Positions 20,081 to 32,147 of a stretch of DNA of 64,000 nt are shown piece after piece. How positions within the stretch are numbered: position 1 is the first letter of the stretch; each line of letters starts with the position of its first letter. The stretch comes from Candidatus Eiseniibacteriota bacterium. Lineage in GTDB: Bacteria; Eisenbacteria; RBG-16-71-46; CAVPCR01. The translations under genes and the position numbers were made by a program. Under the pieces are notes generated by a model. The model was not told where the DNA came from, did no database searches, and saw only the letters and a program-made list of their open reading frames with translations. The stretch lies in NCBI GenBank assembly GCA_963823555.1, contig CAWGMA010000002.1:608001-672000 (forward strand). The letters run 5' to 3'.

Positions 20081-23000
20081 ATGAAGCTGAGCGAGATCTC
20101 CATCCAGCGGCCGGTCTTCGCGACGGTGATGAGCCTGGCGATCGTCCTCTTCGGGCTCATCTCCTTCACGCGGCTGCCGGTGCGCGAGTACCCGGACATC
20201 GATCCGCCGATCGTCTCGATCACCACCTTCTACCGCGGCGCCAGCCCGAGCGTGGTCGAGACCGAGATCACCGACGTGCTCGAGGAGCAGTTCTCGACCA
20301 TCGAGGGCGGTCAAGACGCATCACCTCCTCGAGCCGCGAGCAGGGCTCGGTGATCACCATCGAGTTCGAGCTGCAACCGCGACGTCGACGAGGCGGCCAA
20401 CGACGTGCGCGACCGCGTGTCGCGCATCCGCGGCCGCCTGCCGCGCGAGGCCGAGGACCCGATCGTCGCCAAGGTCGACGTCAACGCCCAGCCCATCATC
20501 TGGCTCGGCGCTGTCGAGCGACCGGCACACCGCCGCTCGAGCTCTCCGACGTCGCCGACCGCATCCTCAAGGAGCGGCTGCAGCGGCTGCCCGGCGTCGG
20601 CTCGGTCTTCATCGGCGGCGAGCGGCGCTACGCCATGCGGGTCTGGCTCGATCCGCAGCGCATGGCCGCCCACGGCCTGACCGCGCAGGACGTCGAGCGC
20701 GCCGATCCGCGCGCGAGAACGCCGAGATCCCCGGCGGCCGGGTCGAGGGCGCCGAGCGCGAGTTCGCCGTGCGCACCCGCGGCGAGCTGCGACACCCCGA
20801 GGAGTTCGCGCGCCATCATCGTCGCCCAGCGACGGCGACGACGTCGTGCGCCTGGGCGACGTCGCCGAGGTCGAGGTCGGCGCCGAGGACGAGCGCACCA
20901 TGGCCCGCTTCAACGGCCAGCCGGCCGTCGGCCTGGGCATCGTCAAGCAGACGCAAGGCGAGCACCCTCGACGTGGCGGCGGCGGTGCGCGCGCGCGCTG
21001 CCCGAGCTCAGGCCAGCTGCTGCCCGAGGGCATGCGGCTCGACGTCGCCTACGACTCGTCGGTCTTCATCCAGGACTCGATCGACGAGGTGCGCACAGAC
21101 CCTGCTCATCGCCATGTGCCTGGTGGTGCTGGTGATCCTCGTCTTCCTGAAGAGCTTCCGCGCCACGATCATCCCGATCGTCGCCATCCCCATCTCGATC
21201 ATCGGCACCTTCACCGTCGCCTACTTCCTGGGCTTCACCATCAACATCCTGACCCTGCTGGCGCTGGTGCTGGCCATCGGCCTGGTGGTCGACGACGCCA
21301 TCGTCGTGCTCGAGAACATCTTCCGGCACATGGAGATGGGCAAGCCGCGCCTGCGGGCCGCCTTCGACGGCGCCAAGGAGATCGGCTTCGCCGTCGTCGC
21401 CACCACCGTCGCCCTGGTGGCGGTGTTCATCCCGGTGGCCTTTCTGACCGGCACGGTGGGCCGGCTGTTCCGCGAGTTCGGCATCTCGGTGGCGGTGGCG
21501 GTGCTCATCTCGGGCTTCGTGGCGCTGACCCTGACGCCGATGCTCTGCTCGCGGATCCTGAAGCCGCTGCACGGCGGCGAGCCGCGAGCTGGGCCGACGC
21601 GCTCCTTCGACGCCTTCTTCGACTGGCTCGACCGCGATCTACGCGCGCGTCCTGCGCTGCGCGCTGCGCCGCGCGCTGGCTGGTGCATCGCTGGCGGCCG
21701 TGCTGCTGGTCGGCGGCAGCGGTCTGGATCTTCCGGCTGCTGCCGCGCGAGCTGGTGCCCACCGAGGACCGCGGCATCGCCTTCGGCATCGTCATCGCGC
21801 CCGAGGGCGCGACCCTCGAGTACACCGACCGCTACATGCGCGCAGATCGAGGACCGGCTGCTGCCGCTGCCCGAGCGGCGCGGGCCTGTTCACCGCCACC
21901 GGCCTCGGCTTCGGCGGCCCGGGCCGCGTGACCAACGGCTTCGTCTTCCTGAACCTGAAGCCGCGCGGCGAGCGCGAGCGCTCGCAGCAGGAGATCGTGG
22001 CCGCAGCTCTTCCCGCAGCTGCTTGGCGATCCCCGGCGTGCTGGCCTTCCTGATCAATCCGCCCAGCCTCGGCGGCCGCTTCTCGCTCGTCGGACGTCGA
22101 GTACGTGCTGCAGGCCGACAGCTACGAGGAGCTGCAGCCAGGCGGTGGGCATCATGATGGCCAAGGCCGGCGAGCTCGGCTACCTGGTCAACCTCGACTC
22201 GCGACCTGCGCCTCAACAAGCCGCAGCTCGACATCACGCATCGACCGCGAGCGGGCCTCGGGCCTCGGCGTCTCGGTGACCGACATCGGCACCACGCTGG
22301 AGACGCTCCTCGGCGGCCGCGTGGTCGGCGACTTCAAGCGCGGCACCAAGCAGTACGACGTCATCGCCCAGATGCGGCCGCGCGGCCGCGCCACGCCCGA
22401 CGTGATCGACGAGATCTACCTGCGGGGCACGCGGCGGGCTGGTGCAGCTGGCCAACGTGGTCAAGGTGCGCGGAGACGGTGGCGCCCAAGGAGCTGAACC
22501 ACTTCAACCGCGTGCGCTCGGCCACCATCACCGCCAACCTGGCCCCGGGCGTGAGCCTGGGCAAGGCGCTGGACGATCTCGACCGCATCGCGCAGCGACG
22601 ACCTGCCCGGCCGGCATCCAGCGCGATCTGGCCGGCCAGTCGCGCGAGTTCCGCGAGTCCAGCGGCCACGCTCTACTTCATGTTCCTGCTCGCCATCGTC
22701 TTCATCTACCTGGTGCTCGCGGCGCAGTTCGAGAGCTTCATCCACCCGCTGACGATCCTGCTCTCGGTGCCGCTGGCGGTGTTCGGGGCGCTGGTCTCGC
22801 TCTTCGCTCTTCGAGCAGAGCCTGAACATCTACTCGCAGATCGGGCTGATCATGCTGATCGGGCTGGTGACCAAGAACGCGATCCTGATCGTCGAGTTCG
22901 CCAACCAGCTGCGCGCGCGCGGCCAGGCGCTCGATCGAGGCGGTGGTCGAGGCGTCGCGGATCCGCCTGCGCCCGATCCTGATGACCTCGTTCTCGACGA

Positions 23001-23251
23001 TCTTCGGCGTCCTGCCGATCGCCATCGGCTTCGGCGCCGGCGCCGAGTCGCGGCGGCCGCTGGGCATCGCGGTCGTCGGCGGGATGCTGTTCTCGACCTT
23101 CCTGACCCTGCTGCTGGTGCCGGTGGTCTACACCCTGCTCGCCCGCTTCACCCGGGTCGAGGCGCCGGGGACCGAGCTCGCGGCGGAGGAGGCCCAGCAG
23201 GTGGCGGCGATGACGGGCCATGGCGTGAGCCCGGCCGGGGGCGCCCGCTGA
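20081..23251 (+). CDS. RND efflux permease (AcrB/MdtB-like), broken by many single-base indels
   Basis: [53 protein letters not shown] and RLRPILMT found across successive frames. Confidence 0.85.
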
Positions 23252-23285
23252 CGGCCGGCTGCGGCCGGTGGGGTTGACAGGGGCC

Positions 23286-24455
23286 ATGCGCTCGACCCAG
23301 CCGCCGCATGTCGTCACGATCGCGGATCTCCGCGAACGAGCCCGCCGCCGGTTGCCGCAGGCGGTCTTCGATTACATCGACGGGGGCGCGGAGAGCGAGC
23401 GCACGCTCCGCGAGAACGAGGTCGCCTTCGATCAGGTCCTCTTCCGCCCGCGCTCGGCGGTCGCGACCTACACCTGCGACCTCAGTACGACCGTTCTCGG
23501 CGAGCGCCTCTCCATGCCTGTCATCTGTGCGCCGGTGGGGAGCAGTCGCCTGTTCTGGCCGCGCGGCGAGGAACAGGCAGCGCGAGCGGCCGGCAAGGCC
23601 GGCACCATCTACGCCCTCTCGACCCTGTCCGGATGCCGCCTCGAGGACGTCAAGGCGGCCACAACGGGCCCGGCCTGGTACCAGCTCTATCTGATCGGGG
23701 GCCGGGAGGTCGCGCTCGCGGGCATCGCGCGCGCCCGGGCTGCCGGCTACTCGGCGCTCGTCGTCACCATCGACACGCCGGTCGCCGGCATGCGCGAGCG
23801 CGACTGGCGGAACGGCGTCAAGGAGCTCATCGCGCAGAACCTCTCGAGCGTGCCTTATCTCGGGCAGGTGCTCGAGCGACCCGGCTGGCTCTGGGACACG
23901 CTCAGGGACGGCGGCCTCATGGGGTTTCCGAACATCGTCTTGCCCGAAGGGCCCATGGCCTACGCCGACGTCACGGCGGCGCTCGAGCAATCGATGATCT
24001 CGTGGGGCGATTTCGACTGGATCCGGGAGGCGTGGCAGGGGCCGATCATCGCCAAGGGCGCGCATACCGCCGGCGATGCCTTGAAGGCGATGGACCATGG
24101 CGCCGCCGCGGTCGTGGTGTCGAACCACGGTGGCCGGCAGCTCGACGGCGTGGCCGCCACGCTCCGCGTGCTGCCGGAGATCGTCGATGTCGTGGGCGGG
24201 CGCGTCGACGTGCTCCTCGACGGCGGCGTCAGGCGGGGGAGCGATGTCGTGAAGGCGCTCAGCATGGGGGCGCGGGCCGTGCTGGTCGGTCGCGCCTACG
24301 CCTACGGCCTCGCGGCGGCCGGCGAGGCCGGGGTGTCCCGCGCTCTCGAGATCCTCCGCACCGACATCGTGCGCACGCTCAAGCTCCTCGGGTGCGCCTC
24401 GGTGGCCGAGCTCGATCCCTCCTACGTCCGCGTGCCGGCCGACTGGTCGGCCTGA
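23286..24455 (+). CDS. FMN-dependent alpha-hydroxy-acid oxidase/dehydrogenase (LldD-like)
   Basis: VFDYIDGGAESE, VVSNHGGRQLDG and LDGGVRRGSDVVKAL motifs. Confidence 0.93.
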   Translation: MRSTQPPHVVTIADLRERARRRLPQAVFDYIDGGAESERTLRENEVAFDQVLFRPRSAVATYTCDLSTTVLGERLSMPVICAPVGSSRLFWPRGEEQAARAAGKAGTIYALSTLSGCRLEDVKAATTGPAWYQLYLIGGREVALAGIARARAAGYSALVVTIDTPVAGMRERDWRNGVKELIAQNLSSVPYLGQVLERPGWLWDTLRDGGLMGFPNIVLPEGPMAYADVTAALEQSMISWGDFDWIREAWQGPIIAKGAHTAGDALKAMDHGAAAVVVSNHGGRQLDGVAATLRVLPEIVDVVGGRVDVLLDGGVRRGSDVVKALSMGARAVLVGRAYAYGLAAAGEAGVSRALEILRTDIVRTLKLLGCASVAELDPSYVRVPADWSA

Positions 24456-24460
24456 TCCGC

Positions 24461-26878
24461 CTACTCCTCGAACTCGAGCTCCCGGCGGATGCGGTTGAAG
24501 TCGAACCGCTGCCCCGCTGGCAGCCTGGCCTCGTGCCTCTCCATTTCCTTGAGCAGCGTGTCGACCTTCTTCCGGCCCGACCTGGTCTTCACCGCGGTCC
24601 GTGGCTTCTGGCCGCCGAGCGCCGGGAGCGGATGGTCCGCCCAGTCGGCATAGTGTCTCGCCTTCATCTCGCGGAGGACCCGATCCATCTCCTCCTCCGG
24701 CAGATCAAGGGGCGGGGCGTGCGGTGCCGCGATCTCGCGGGCGTCTCTCGCGGCGCTCAGCGGATCGGCGTGCTCGCGGGCGCGATGGGTGATGAGGGAA
24801 CCCAGTGACTCGGTGAGGCGCTGGCGGAGCGCATCGGCTCGCGCGATCGAGTTGCTCTCGAGGCGGAGCTTCTTGCCCGATACCGTGGCTGTCCCGATGA
24901 CGGTGTTTCCCCCTCCGACCTGCCTCGCGCCGGTCGGCTTCATGAAGACGTAGGTCGAGTCGGCTTCCTCGGCCGCAGGCGGATCCGCCATGGTTGCGAG
25001 CCGGCGTTCGATCTCCGCCCGGTCCTTGGGCGCGAAGGCGAAGTGGTCGATCGTGAAGAGCAGGGGATCTCCATCGGTGTTCTGGAGCTCCGGCCGCTGA
25101 GCGGCCGCCAGCCTGGCTCTTTCGATCTCCTCCTCCCAGCGGGCGATGAGCGTGCGCCCGATCGCCTCCCCGCGCATGCGCTCGATCGGGATCGGGCCCG
25201 TGCGGCGGAGCTTCTTCCGCGCCCGCTCGACGACGGCGGCGGCGGCCAGGGGTGGCATGGGGCTCGGATGAACGCCGCACAGCACCGTGGCCCCTTCGTG
25301 ATCGACCACGCGCGCGAGGATGGCGTCGCGCGGCGCCAGCAATCCAGAGGCCGACGTCTCCCGCACGATCCGGTTCTCGCCGGTCAGGAGATCGCTCAGG
25401 GTCAGGCTCCGTCCGGGCTCGACGGCGGTCACCTCCCACACCGAGAGCCAGGCGGCGCGCTGGGCGTGGAGCCAGGAGAGCGCCTCTCCTTGCAGCCGGT
25501 CAGCACGCTCATCGAGAAACCACTCGACGACCGGCTTCTTCGCCACGGGCTCGTGGTAGATGGCCCATTGCGGCAGGAGCTGATCCACGGCCGATGGATC
25601 GCGGAAGGCGCCGGCGGCCGCCGCCATCCAGCCCGGTCCGAATCGATCGCGGGCGAAGCGGTCCAGTGTGCTCGCGAGCTTGCGGTCCAGCTCATGGATG
25701 GGTGCGGGGGAGTCCTCGCCATCTGGAGGAGCGGCAGGCCCGCGCGCTGTCTCCCCGCGCCGCAGGCAGCACTGCTTGTACTTCCTCCCGCTGCCGCAGG
25801 GGCACGGCTGATTGCGACCGACGACCGGCGCCCTGTTGCCGGGAGCGTTCACCGCGAACTCCTCCGCCGCTTCGTAGGGGACGGTGAAGCGGACCTCGAG
25901 GTCATTCTGATCGAAGTAGGACTCGCAGATGGGATCGAACACGTCCTCTCCGAAGATGCTCCCGTGCTTGAGGAAGAAGGCGACGAGGGACGTCGCCGAG
26001 GCCGACATGATGCGGACGTCCCGTTCCTCCAGGGGCCTGAGCAGACCATCGCGGTCTCGGTGCTGCACGAGCGGGTAGGCGCCGGCGTTGGCGACGGGCC
26101 ATCCGTGCTCGAGCGCCTCGCGGAACATGCTCGGGGGCAGTTCAGAGCCCGCCTCGTAGTTCAGGGAGAGGATCGTGCTCCCCAGGTCGATCGAGCGCCG
26201 CCCGCGACGGGGCGCATCGGCCAGATCGATGAAGCGCTCGAAGCCCTCGAGCGAAGGAAAGAGGATGAGTCCCGTCGACTCCCCGAGCGCGCCGATGATG
26301 GACAGGCACGCCCCCTCGACGCCGTAGGCCGGGATATCCACGCGCAGGATCTGGCTGTCGCCCGCGACCTTCCACGGGGCGATCGCGTGGAGGGTCCTGG
26401 CGGCCGTGAACAGGTTCTTGACCGCATCGGGTCCAACGCGGCCACCTTCGAAGTAGCTCGGCTTCTTGCCGCCACCCTCATCGGCCGAGGCCTCGGCCAT
26501 GAAATCGAGGACCTCTCCGATCTCGGGCGTCGGGGCCACGACGATCGGAACCCCCGGCAGGACCGGTCGCACCTCCGCGGCAAGTCCCTGGTCGGCCACC
26601 CGGACGGTGGCGGGCCGTCGTGGTTCGCCGTTGAGGGGGGACTCGATGGCCGCGAGCAGCGCAGCGCCCAGCGCGGACCGTGGGTCCTCGGGGCGGATCA
26701 GCTTGTAGGACACGACGATGGCCCCGGGCATCTCCAGCCAGAGGATCATGTGTGGCCGGTAGGGGGTGTCCTCGGTGATGTAGAAGGGCGTCTCCACCCG
26801 CCCGCCGACCCACTCGGGTCCATCCTGCTCGATGCGGGTCCGCCGCCCGGCGAGACGTCTGATTCGGGCGAGTGCCAT
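24461..26878 (-). CDS. SEC-C motif multidomain protein with Xre/MbcA/ParS-like C-terminal region
   Basis: GRNQPCPCGSGRKYKQCC; C-terminal WADHPLPALGGQKPR. Confidence 0.75.
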   Translation of the reverse strand: MALARIRRLAGRRTRIEQDGPEWVGGRVETPFYITEDTPYRPHMILWLEMPGAIVVSYKLIRPEDPRSALGAALLAAIESPLNGEPRRPATVRVADQGLAAEVRPVLPGVPIVVAPTPEIGEVLDFMAEASADEGGGKKPSYFEGGRVGPDAVKNLFTAARTLHAIAPWKVAGDSQILRVDIPAYGVEGACLSIIGALGESTGLILFPSLEGFERFIDLADAPRRGRRSIDLGSTILSLNYEAGSELPPSMFREALEHGWPVANAGAYPLVQHRDRDGLLRPLEERDVRIMSASATSLVAFFLKHGSIFGEDVFDPICESYFDQNDLEVRFTVPYEAAEEFAVNAPGNRAPVVGRNQPCPCGSGRKYKQCCLRRGETARGPAAPPDGEDSPAPIHELDRKLASTLDRFARDRFGPGWMAAAAGAFRDPSAVDQLLPQWAIYHEPVAKKPVVEWFLDERADRLQGEALSWLHAQRAAWLSVWEVTAVEPGRSLTLSDLLTGENRIVRETSASGLLAPRDAILARVVDHEGATVLCGVHPSPMPPLAAAAVVERARKKLRRTGPIPIERMRGEAIGRTLIARWEEEIERARLAAAQRPELQNTDGDPLLFTIDHFAFAPKDRAEIERRLATMADPPAAEEADSTYVFMKPTGARQVGGGNTVIGTATVSGKKLRLESNSIARADALRQRLTESLGSLITHRAREHADPLSAARDAREIAAPHAPPLDLPEEEMDRVLREMKARHYADWADHPLPALGGQKPRTAVKTRSGRKKVDTLLKEMERHEARLPAGQRFDFNRIRRELEFEE

Positions 26879-26889
26879 GGTAGAGGCCC

Positions 26890-27885
26890 CTAGACCTCGA
26901 TCTCCTTGCCCACCCCCGCCGCGCGCGCGAGCTCGTAGACGCGCCGGGCCGTCGCCACGTCCTCGACGGCGAGACCGACCGACTTGAAGAGTGTGATCTC
27001 GTCCTGCGATGTCCGCCCCGGCCGCGTGCCGGCCGCGATCTCACCGATCGACGCCACGATGTGAGCCTCGGTGATTGCTCCCTCCTGGATCGCGAGGAGG
27101 AGATCCCCCGCCTCGGCAAGGCAGGCCGGTTTGTGATCGGCCACGACCGTGGACCGCCGGATCGCCTCCGTGTCGAGCTCGCGGGCGTTCGGCGAGTGCG
27201 ATCCGATGCCGTTGACATGGGTTCCCGGGCGCAGCTTCCTTCCGTCGAAGATCGGTGTCGCGCTCGAGGTCGCCGTGATGACGATGTCGCACGCCAGGCA
27301 GTCATCCGGGCTGCTGGTCGCCGTCACCGGGAAACCGAGGCTGGCGCTCATCTCGGACGCGAAACGGTCTCGCATCTCGGGCACGAGATCCGAGACCACG
27401 GCGCGATCGAGCCGCCGCGTCTCGGCCACCGCCATGAGCTGCGTGCGCGCCTGGGCGCCCGCGCCGAAGATGCCGGCGCTCCGTGAGTCCTCGCGGGCGA
27501 GGTACCTGGTCGCGACCCCCGAGGCCGCACCCGTCCGCATCGCGGTCAGGAACCCGGCGTCCATGATCGCCACGAGCTCGCCCGTGCGGGCGTCGTTGAG
27601 GAGGATCGTCCCGAAGATCGTCGGCAGCTGGTGGCGGGACGGATTGTCCGGGTAGACGGTCACCGCCTTGAGCGCCAGGGTGCCCGGATCGCCATCGGTC
27701 GCGCCGGCGATGTAGGCCGGCATGCCGAGGTGCAGGCCGTGATGCTCGTTCATGCGGATGGCCGTCCGCTGCGGCAGGATCGCGCGCCCGCTCGCGAGCT
27801 GACACAGGCCGACCTCGACCGCGGCGATCGTCTCCTTCATCGTCAGCACCGACTCGACATCGCGACGGGTGAGAAGCAGCGGCAT
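26890..27885 (-). CDS. Ornithine cyclodeaminase/mu-crystallin family protein
   Basis: [23 protein letters not shown] and [13 protein letters not shown] motifs. Confidence 0.93.
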   Translation of the reverse strand: MPLLLTRRDVESVLTMKETIAAVEVGLCQLASGRAILPQRTAIRMNEHHGLHLGMPAYIAGATDGDPGTLALKAVTVYPDNPSRHQLPTIFGTILLNDARTGELVAIMDAGFLTAMRTGAASGVATRYLAREDSRSAGIFGAGAQARTQLMAVAETRRLDRAVVSDLVPEMRDRFASEMSASLGFPVTATSSPDDCLACDIVITATSSATPIFDGRKLRPGTHVNGIGSHSPNARELDTEAIRRSTVVADHKPACLAEAGDLLLAIQEGAITEAHIVASIGEIAAGTRPGRTSQDEITLFKSVGLAVEDVATARRVYELARAAGVGKEIEV

Positions 27886-27973
27886 TGTCCGATCTCCCGG
27901 CCGGCCGGGCCCGGTCCTTGGCTGGTGATGGCGAACAGCGGGAGCGATCTTCCAGTGGAAGGCTTCCCCGACA

Positions 27974-28486
27974 TCACATCGGTGAGAATCCCCGTTCGGC
28001 GAAGTACTCGTCCTTCATCCGCGCTTCCAGCAGGTTCAAGGACTCCAGGTGTCCCTTCTCCCAGTCGGCCAGGAAGCGGAACACCTTGGCCGACTCCTCG
28101 TCCGGGCAGTCCTGGGCCGCTTTGGTGTAGAAGTTGATGGCCGACAGCTCCAGCTCGCAACCCGCGGCGACCACGGCCATCTCGAACGACCCGCCCTTCA
28201 CGCGCTTCAGGAACTGCGGTGTGATGACTTCGGACTCGTCGAGCGGGGAGAGGTTCTCGGGAGTCGCGGGAACCGCCCATTCCCCCTTCTCGAGCAGGCT
28301 CTTGAAGTTCTGCTCGAGGAAGGCCTTGTGATGTTCTTCATCGGTGGCCAGGGACTGGAACATGAGACGGGCCGAAGGGTCGGTCGTGCGCTCGGCGGCG
28401 GCCTTGTAGATCTCGAGGCCCCGAAGCTCGGTGATGATCGCCGTCTTGACGGCGTCCAGGACGATCTGGCGAGTGGCTTGATCCAT
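27974..28486 (-). CDS. Ferritin-like/rubrerythrin-family protein
   Basis: Two E...ExxH diiron motif sets (DEEHHK, WEKGHL); RBS GAGGAG before ATG 28486. Confidence 0.85.
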   Translation of the reverse strand: MDQATRQIVLDAVKTAIITELRGLEIYKAAAERTTDPSARLMFQSLATDEEHHKAFLEQNFKSLLEKGEWAVPATPENLSPLDESEVITPQFLKRVKGGSFEMAVVAAGCELELSAINFYTKAAQDCPDEESAKVFRFLADWEKGHLESLNLLEARMKDEYFAERGFSPM

Positions 28487-29081
28487 GCAGAAACTCCTCG
28501 GTTTTGTTGGGCCGCAGCGCGACACCGGGAAGGGCCCGGCATTGTACCACGGCGGGCACCACCGGGCCCCTACAGCCGACGCGTTGGTATCCAGATCCGG
28601 GTTCCGCCCTGTGAGCGGTCGCCGGCTACTCGAGGAGCAGTATCTTGCTGCTCAGTGCTCCATCTGGTGTTACAAGCCGCGCGACCCGGAGCTCATTCCT
28701 CGAGAATCGGAATTGCAGTGGGGACTCGGAGGTCACGGGTCGCTCCGTCGTCATTGTCCAGGGAACGGAACATGAAACGGACCAGGGGGAGTCGTGCGTT
28801 AGGACGAACTGGCAGGTGGCTTGGTCCACACAGGAACTCCTTGTCTGGTCTGGATCAGCGAGTCTGTCATCGTGACAGGCGATCCAGGCGAACGGTGCAG
28901 GGGAGCCGCAGCCTGGTCACTAACCCAGAATGTGATCGCCCCTTTTTTCGCGGCGATCGCCGCATCATCTTCCTTGGTGTATACTGCTCGCACGCCGGTT
29001 GGCGCATCCCCGGCGCGTGATCGGGGATCGGGGCCTCCTGGCGGTCAGGAGCACCGTGGTGTGGTGGTGAGGGGTTTCGAC

Positions 29082-30891
29082 ATGACCGCCTCCGTGAAGA
29101 AGATAGTCAGCCAGATCTGCCGCGCCTTCGATAACGATCCGACCCGTCTGCTGGATATCGCCCGCGAAGTCCAATCGCAATGCGGCTGCATCTCGCCGCA
29201 GGCGATCGACGAGATTCACCGCATCCTCGCCGTACCCCGACTCACAGTGCAAAGTCTCGTCTCCTTTTACGCCTTCCTGGGGGAGGAGCCGAAGGGGGCC
29301 GTCGTCATCCGGCTGTGTGACGATGTCGTCGACCGCCTCTCCGGGTACGAGCGTGTCGCCCGGGCGTTCTGCGAAGAGCTCGGCATCGGTCTCGGGGAGA
29401 CGACCCCGGACGGCGCGATCACGCTCGAGCGCACGGCATGCATCGGGATGAGCGATCAGGCGCCGGCCGCGCTTGTCAACGAGGTCGTCATCACCGAGAT
29501 GTCGAGCGACATGGCGCGCGAGATCGTCGCCGAGCTCCGGGCGCACATGGCGCCGGAACGCCTGGTCCGGAAGCTCGGCGACGGCAACAACGCGCACATC
29601 CTCGTCCGCTCGATGGTGAAGAACAACATTCGCATGGCGGGCCCGATCGTCCTCGCCCCGGCGCGCCGCGGCGAGGCGATCCGCAAGGCGGCGGCGATGA
29701 GCCCGAGAGAGGTGATCAACGCCGTGAAGACGGCCCGCCTCCGCGGTCGCGGCGGGGCCGGGTTCCCGACCGGGATCAAGTGGGAGTTCGCGCGGGCCGC
29801 ACCTGGAGAACGCAAGTTCGTCGTCTGCAACGCCGATGAGGGCGAGCCCGGGACCTTCAAGGATCGCGCGCTCCTGACCGAGTTTCCCGATCGGGTCTTC
29901 GCCGGCATGACCATCGCCGGGTACGCGATCGGCGCCAACCAGGGGATCCTCTATCTCCGCGGCGAGTACGCCTACCTGAGGGAGTTCCTCGAGGACGTGC
30001 TGGCGAGGCGGCGCGCCGACGGGCTGCTCGGCAAGAGCATCGGCGCGCGACACTCCTTCGACTTCGACATCCGCATCGCGATGGGAGCGGGCGCCTACGT
30101 CTGCGGCGAGGAGACGGCGCTCCTCAACTCGTGCGAGGGTCTGCGCGGCGATCCACGCAACCGGCCACCGTTCCCCGCGCAGCGCGGCTACCTCGGGTTC
30201 CCGACGGTGGTCAACAACGTCGAGACGCTGGCCTGCGCGACCCGGATCCTCGAGTCGGGCCCGGCCACCTTTTCCGACTACGGGACCGCGCAGAGCTCCG
30301 GCACGAAGCTCCTCAGCATCTCGGGCGACGTGCGGCAGGCCGGGGTCTACGAGGTGCCGTTCGGCACCAGGGTCCGCGACATCCTGGCCCTGGCCGACGG
30401 CGGCGATGCCATCGCGGTCCAGATCGGCGGGCCGAGCGGTCGGATGATCGGCCCGGCGGATTTCGATCGCACGATCTGCTTCGACGATCTGGCCACGGGC
30501 GGAGCCATGGTGGTGTTCGGCCCCGGGCGGGACGTGATCGAGATCGCCCGCATGTACATGGAGTTCTTCGTCGATGAGAGCTGCGGCTACTGCACACCGT
30601 GCCGCGTCGGGAATGTGCTCCTGCTGCAAGGGCCTCGAGCGGGTTCTCGGCGGCCGCGGGGAGCCGGGCGATCTGGTCGAGTTCGAGGCGATCGCCCGGA
30701 CCATGAAGGCCACGAGCCGCTGCGGCCTCGGACAGACCTCGTTCCTTCCCGTTCTGACCTCGCTTGCGAGCTTCAGGCCGCTCTACGAGTCGCGGGTCAA
30801 GGAGGACCCGCGGAAGTTCCGTCGGTCGTTCGACCTCGCAGCGGCGACCGCCGAGGCGACGCAGATCCGCGCGGGAGGCACTCATGGGTGA
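29082..30891 (+). CDS. hoxF: NAD-reducing hydrogenase diaphorase subunit HoxF (frameshift near 30625)
   Basis: LRGRGGAGFPTG, CNADEGEPGTFKDR, GAYVCGEETAL, ESCGYCTPCRVG and SRCGLG motifs. Confidence 0.9.
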
Positions 30892-31596
30892 CGGCTGGCG
30901 CTTCATCCTCGATGGTAGTGAGATCGCAGCCGAGCCGGGCGAGACAATCATTCAGGCGGCGGACCGGCCGGCCTCTACATTCCCCGGCTCTGTCATCTGC
31001 CGGGTCTCGAGCCGTTCGGGAGCTGTCGCCTCTGCACGGTGAAGGCAAACGGCCGGCTGGTCGCTGCCTGCACCACGCCGGCGAGTGGCGGCATGGTCGT
31101 CGAGAACGACACCGAGGAGCTCAACGCTCACCGCAAGCTGCTGCTCGAGATGCTGTTCGTCGAGGGTAACCACTTCTGCATGTCCTGCGAGAAGAGCGGC
31201 AACTGCGAGCTCCAGGCGCTCGGCTACCGCTTCGCGATCTCCGCTCCCCGCTTCGAGTTCCAGTTTCCCATCCGGGAGGTCGACGCCTCGCACCCGGACA
31301 TCCTCATCGATCACAACCGCTGCATCCTCTGCGCGCGCTGCGTGCGCGCATCGCGCGATCTGGACCGGAAGAACGTCTTCGGCTTCGTCGGGCGGGGCGC
31401 ACACAAGCGGATCGCCGTGAGCTCCGGATCGCGGCTCAGGGATACCGACGCGGACGTGACCGACCACGCTCTTCAAGTCTGTCCGGTGGGGGCGCTGCTC
31501 AGGAAACGCGTCGGATTCGTCGTTCCCGTGGGCCAGCGGCTCTACGACAGGACGCCGATCGGGGCGGCCGCCACGCCGGAGGAAGACCAGCGATGA
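30884..31596 (+). CDS. hoxU: Hydrogenase Fe-S subunit HoxU (frameshift near 30965)
   Basis: IPRLC...GSCRLC...AAC, HFCMSCEKSGNC and CILCARC motifs. Confidence 0.88.
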
Positions 31597-32139
31597 ACAA
31601 GCCCAGGGTCGCCACGACATCGCTCTGCGGTTGCTTTGGTTGCCACATGTCACTGCTCGATCTCGACGAGCGCATCCTCGATCTGGCCGAGGTCGTGGCC
31701 TTCGACAAGTCGCCGATCAACGACTTCAAGGATTTCACAGCGCCCTGCGCCGTCGGGTTGATCGAGGGTGGCTGCGCGAACGAGGAGAACGTCGAGGTCC
31801 TGCGCCGCTTCCGCGAGCACTGTGCCGTGCTGGTCTCGGTCGGGGACTGCGCGACCATGGGCGGGATTCCCGCTCTCAGGAACATGGTTCCACTCGCAGG
31901 AGTGCCTCGAGGAGGCCTACGTGCGCGGACCCTCCGTGCACAACCCCGGCGGTCTCGTCCCGAACGACCCCGAGCTCCCGCTCCTTCTCGACAAGGTCTA
32001 CCCGGCGCACGAGGTGGTCAAGATCGACTACCACCTGCCCGGATGTCCGCCGAGCGCTGAGACCCTGTGGCGGGCGCTCACGGCCTTGCTCGGCGGCGAA
32101 GCGGTCGAGCTGCCCTACGAGCTCATCAAGTACGACTGA
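31593..32139 (+). CDS. hoxY: Hydrogenase small subunit HoxY (frameshift near 31895)
   Basis: SLCGCFGCHMS, VGDCATMGG and DYHLPGCPP motifs. Confidence 0.9.
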
Positions 32140-32147
32140 GGTGTGCG

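Noticed and set aside
20081..23251. Programmed frameshifting or true pseudogenisation of the RND gene
   Set aside because: Many scattered single-base indels with intact motifs fit long-read consensus error better; read polishing would confirm
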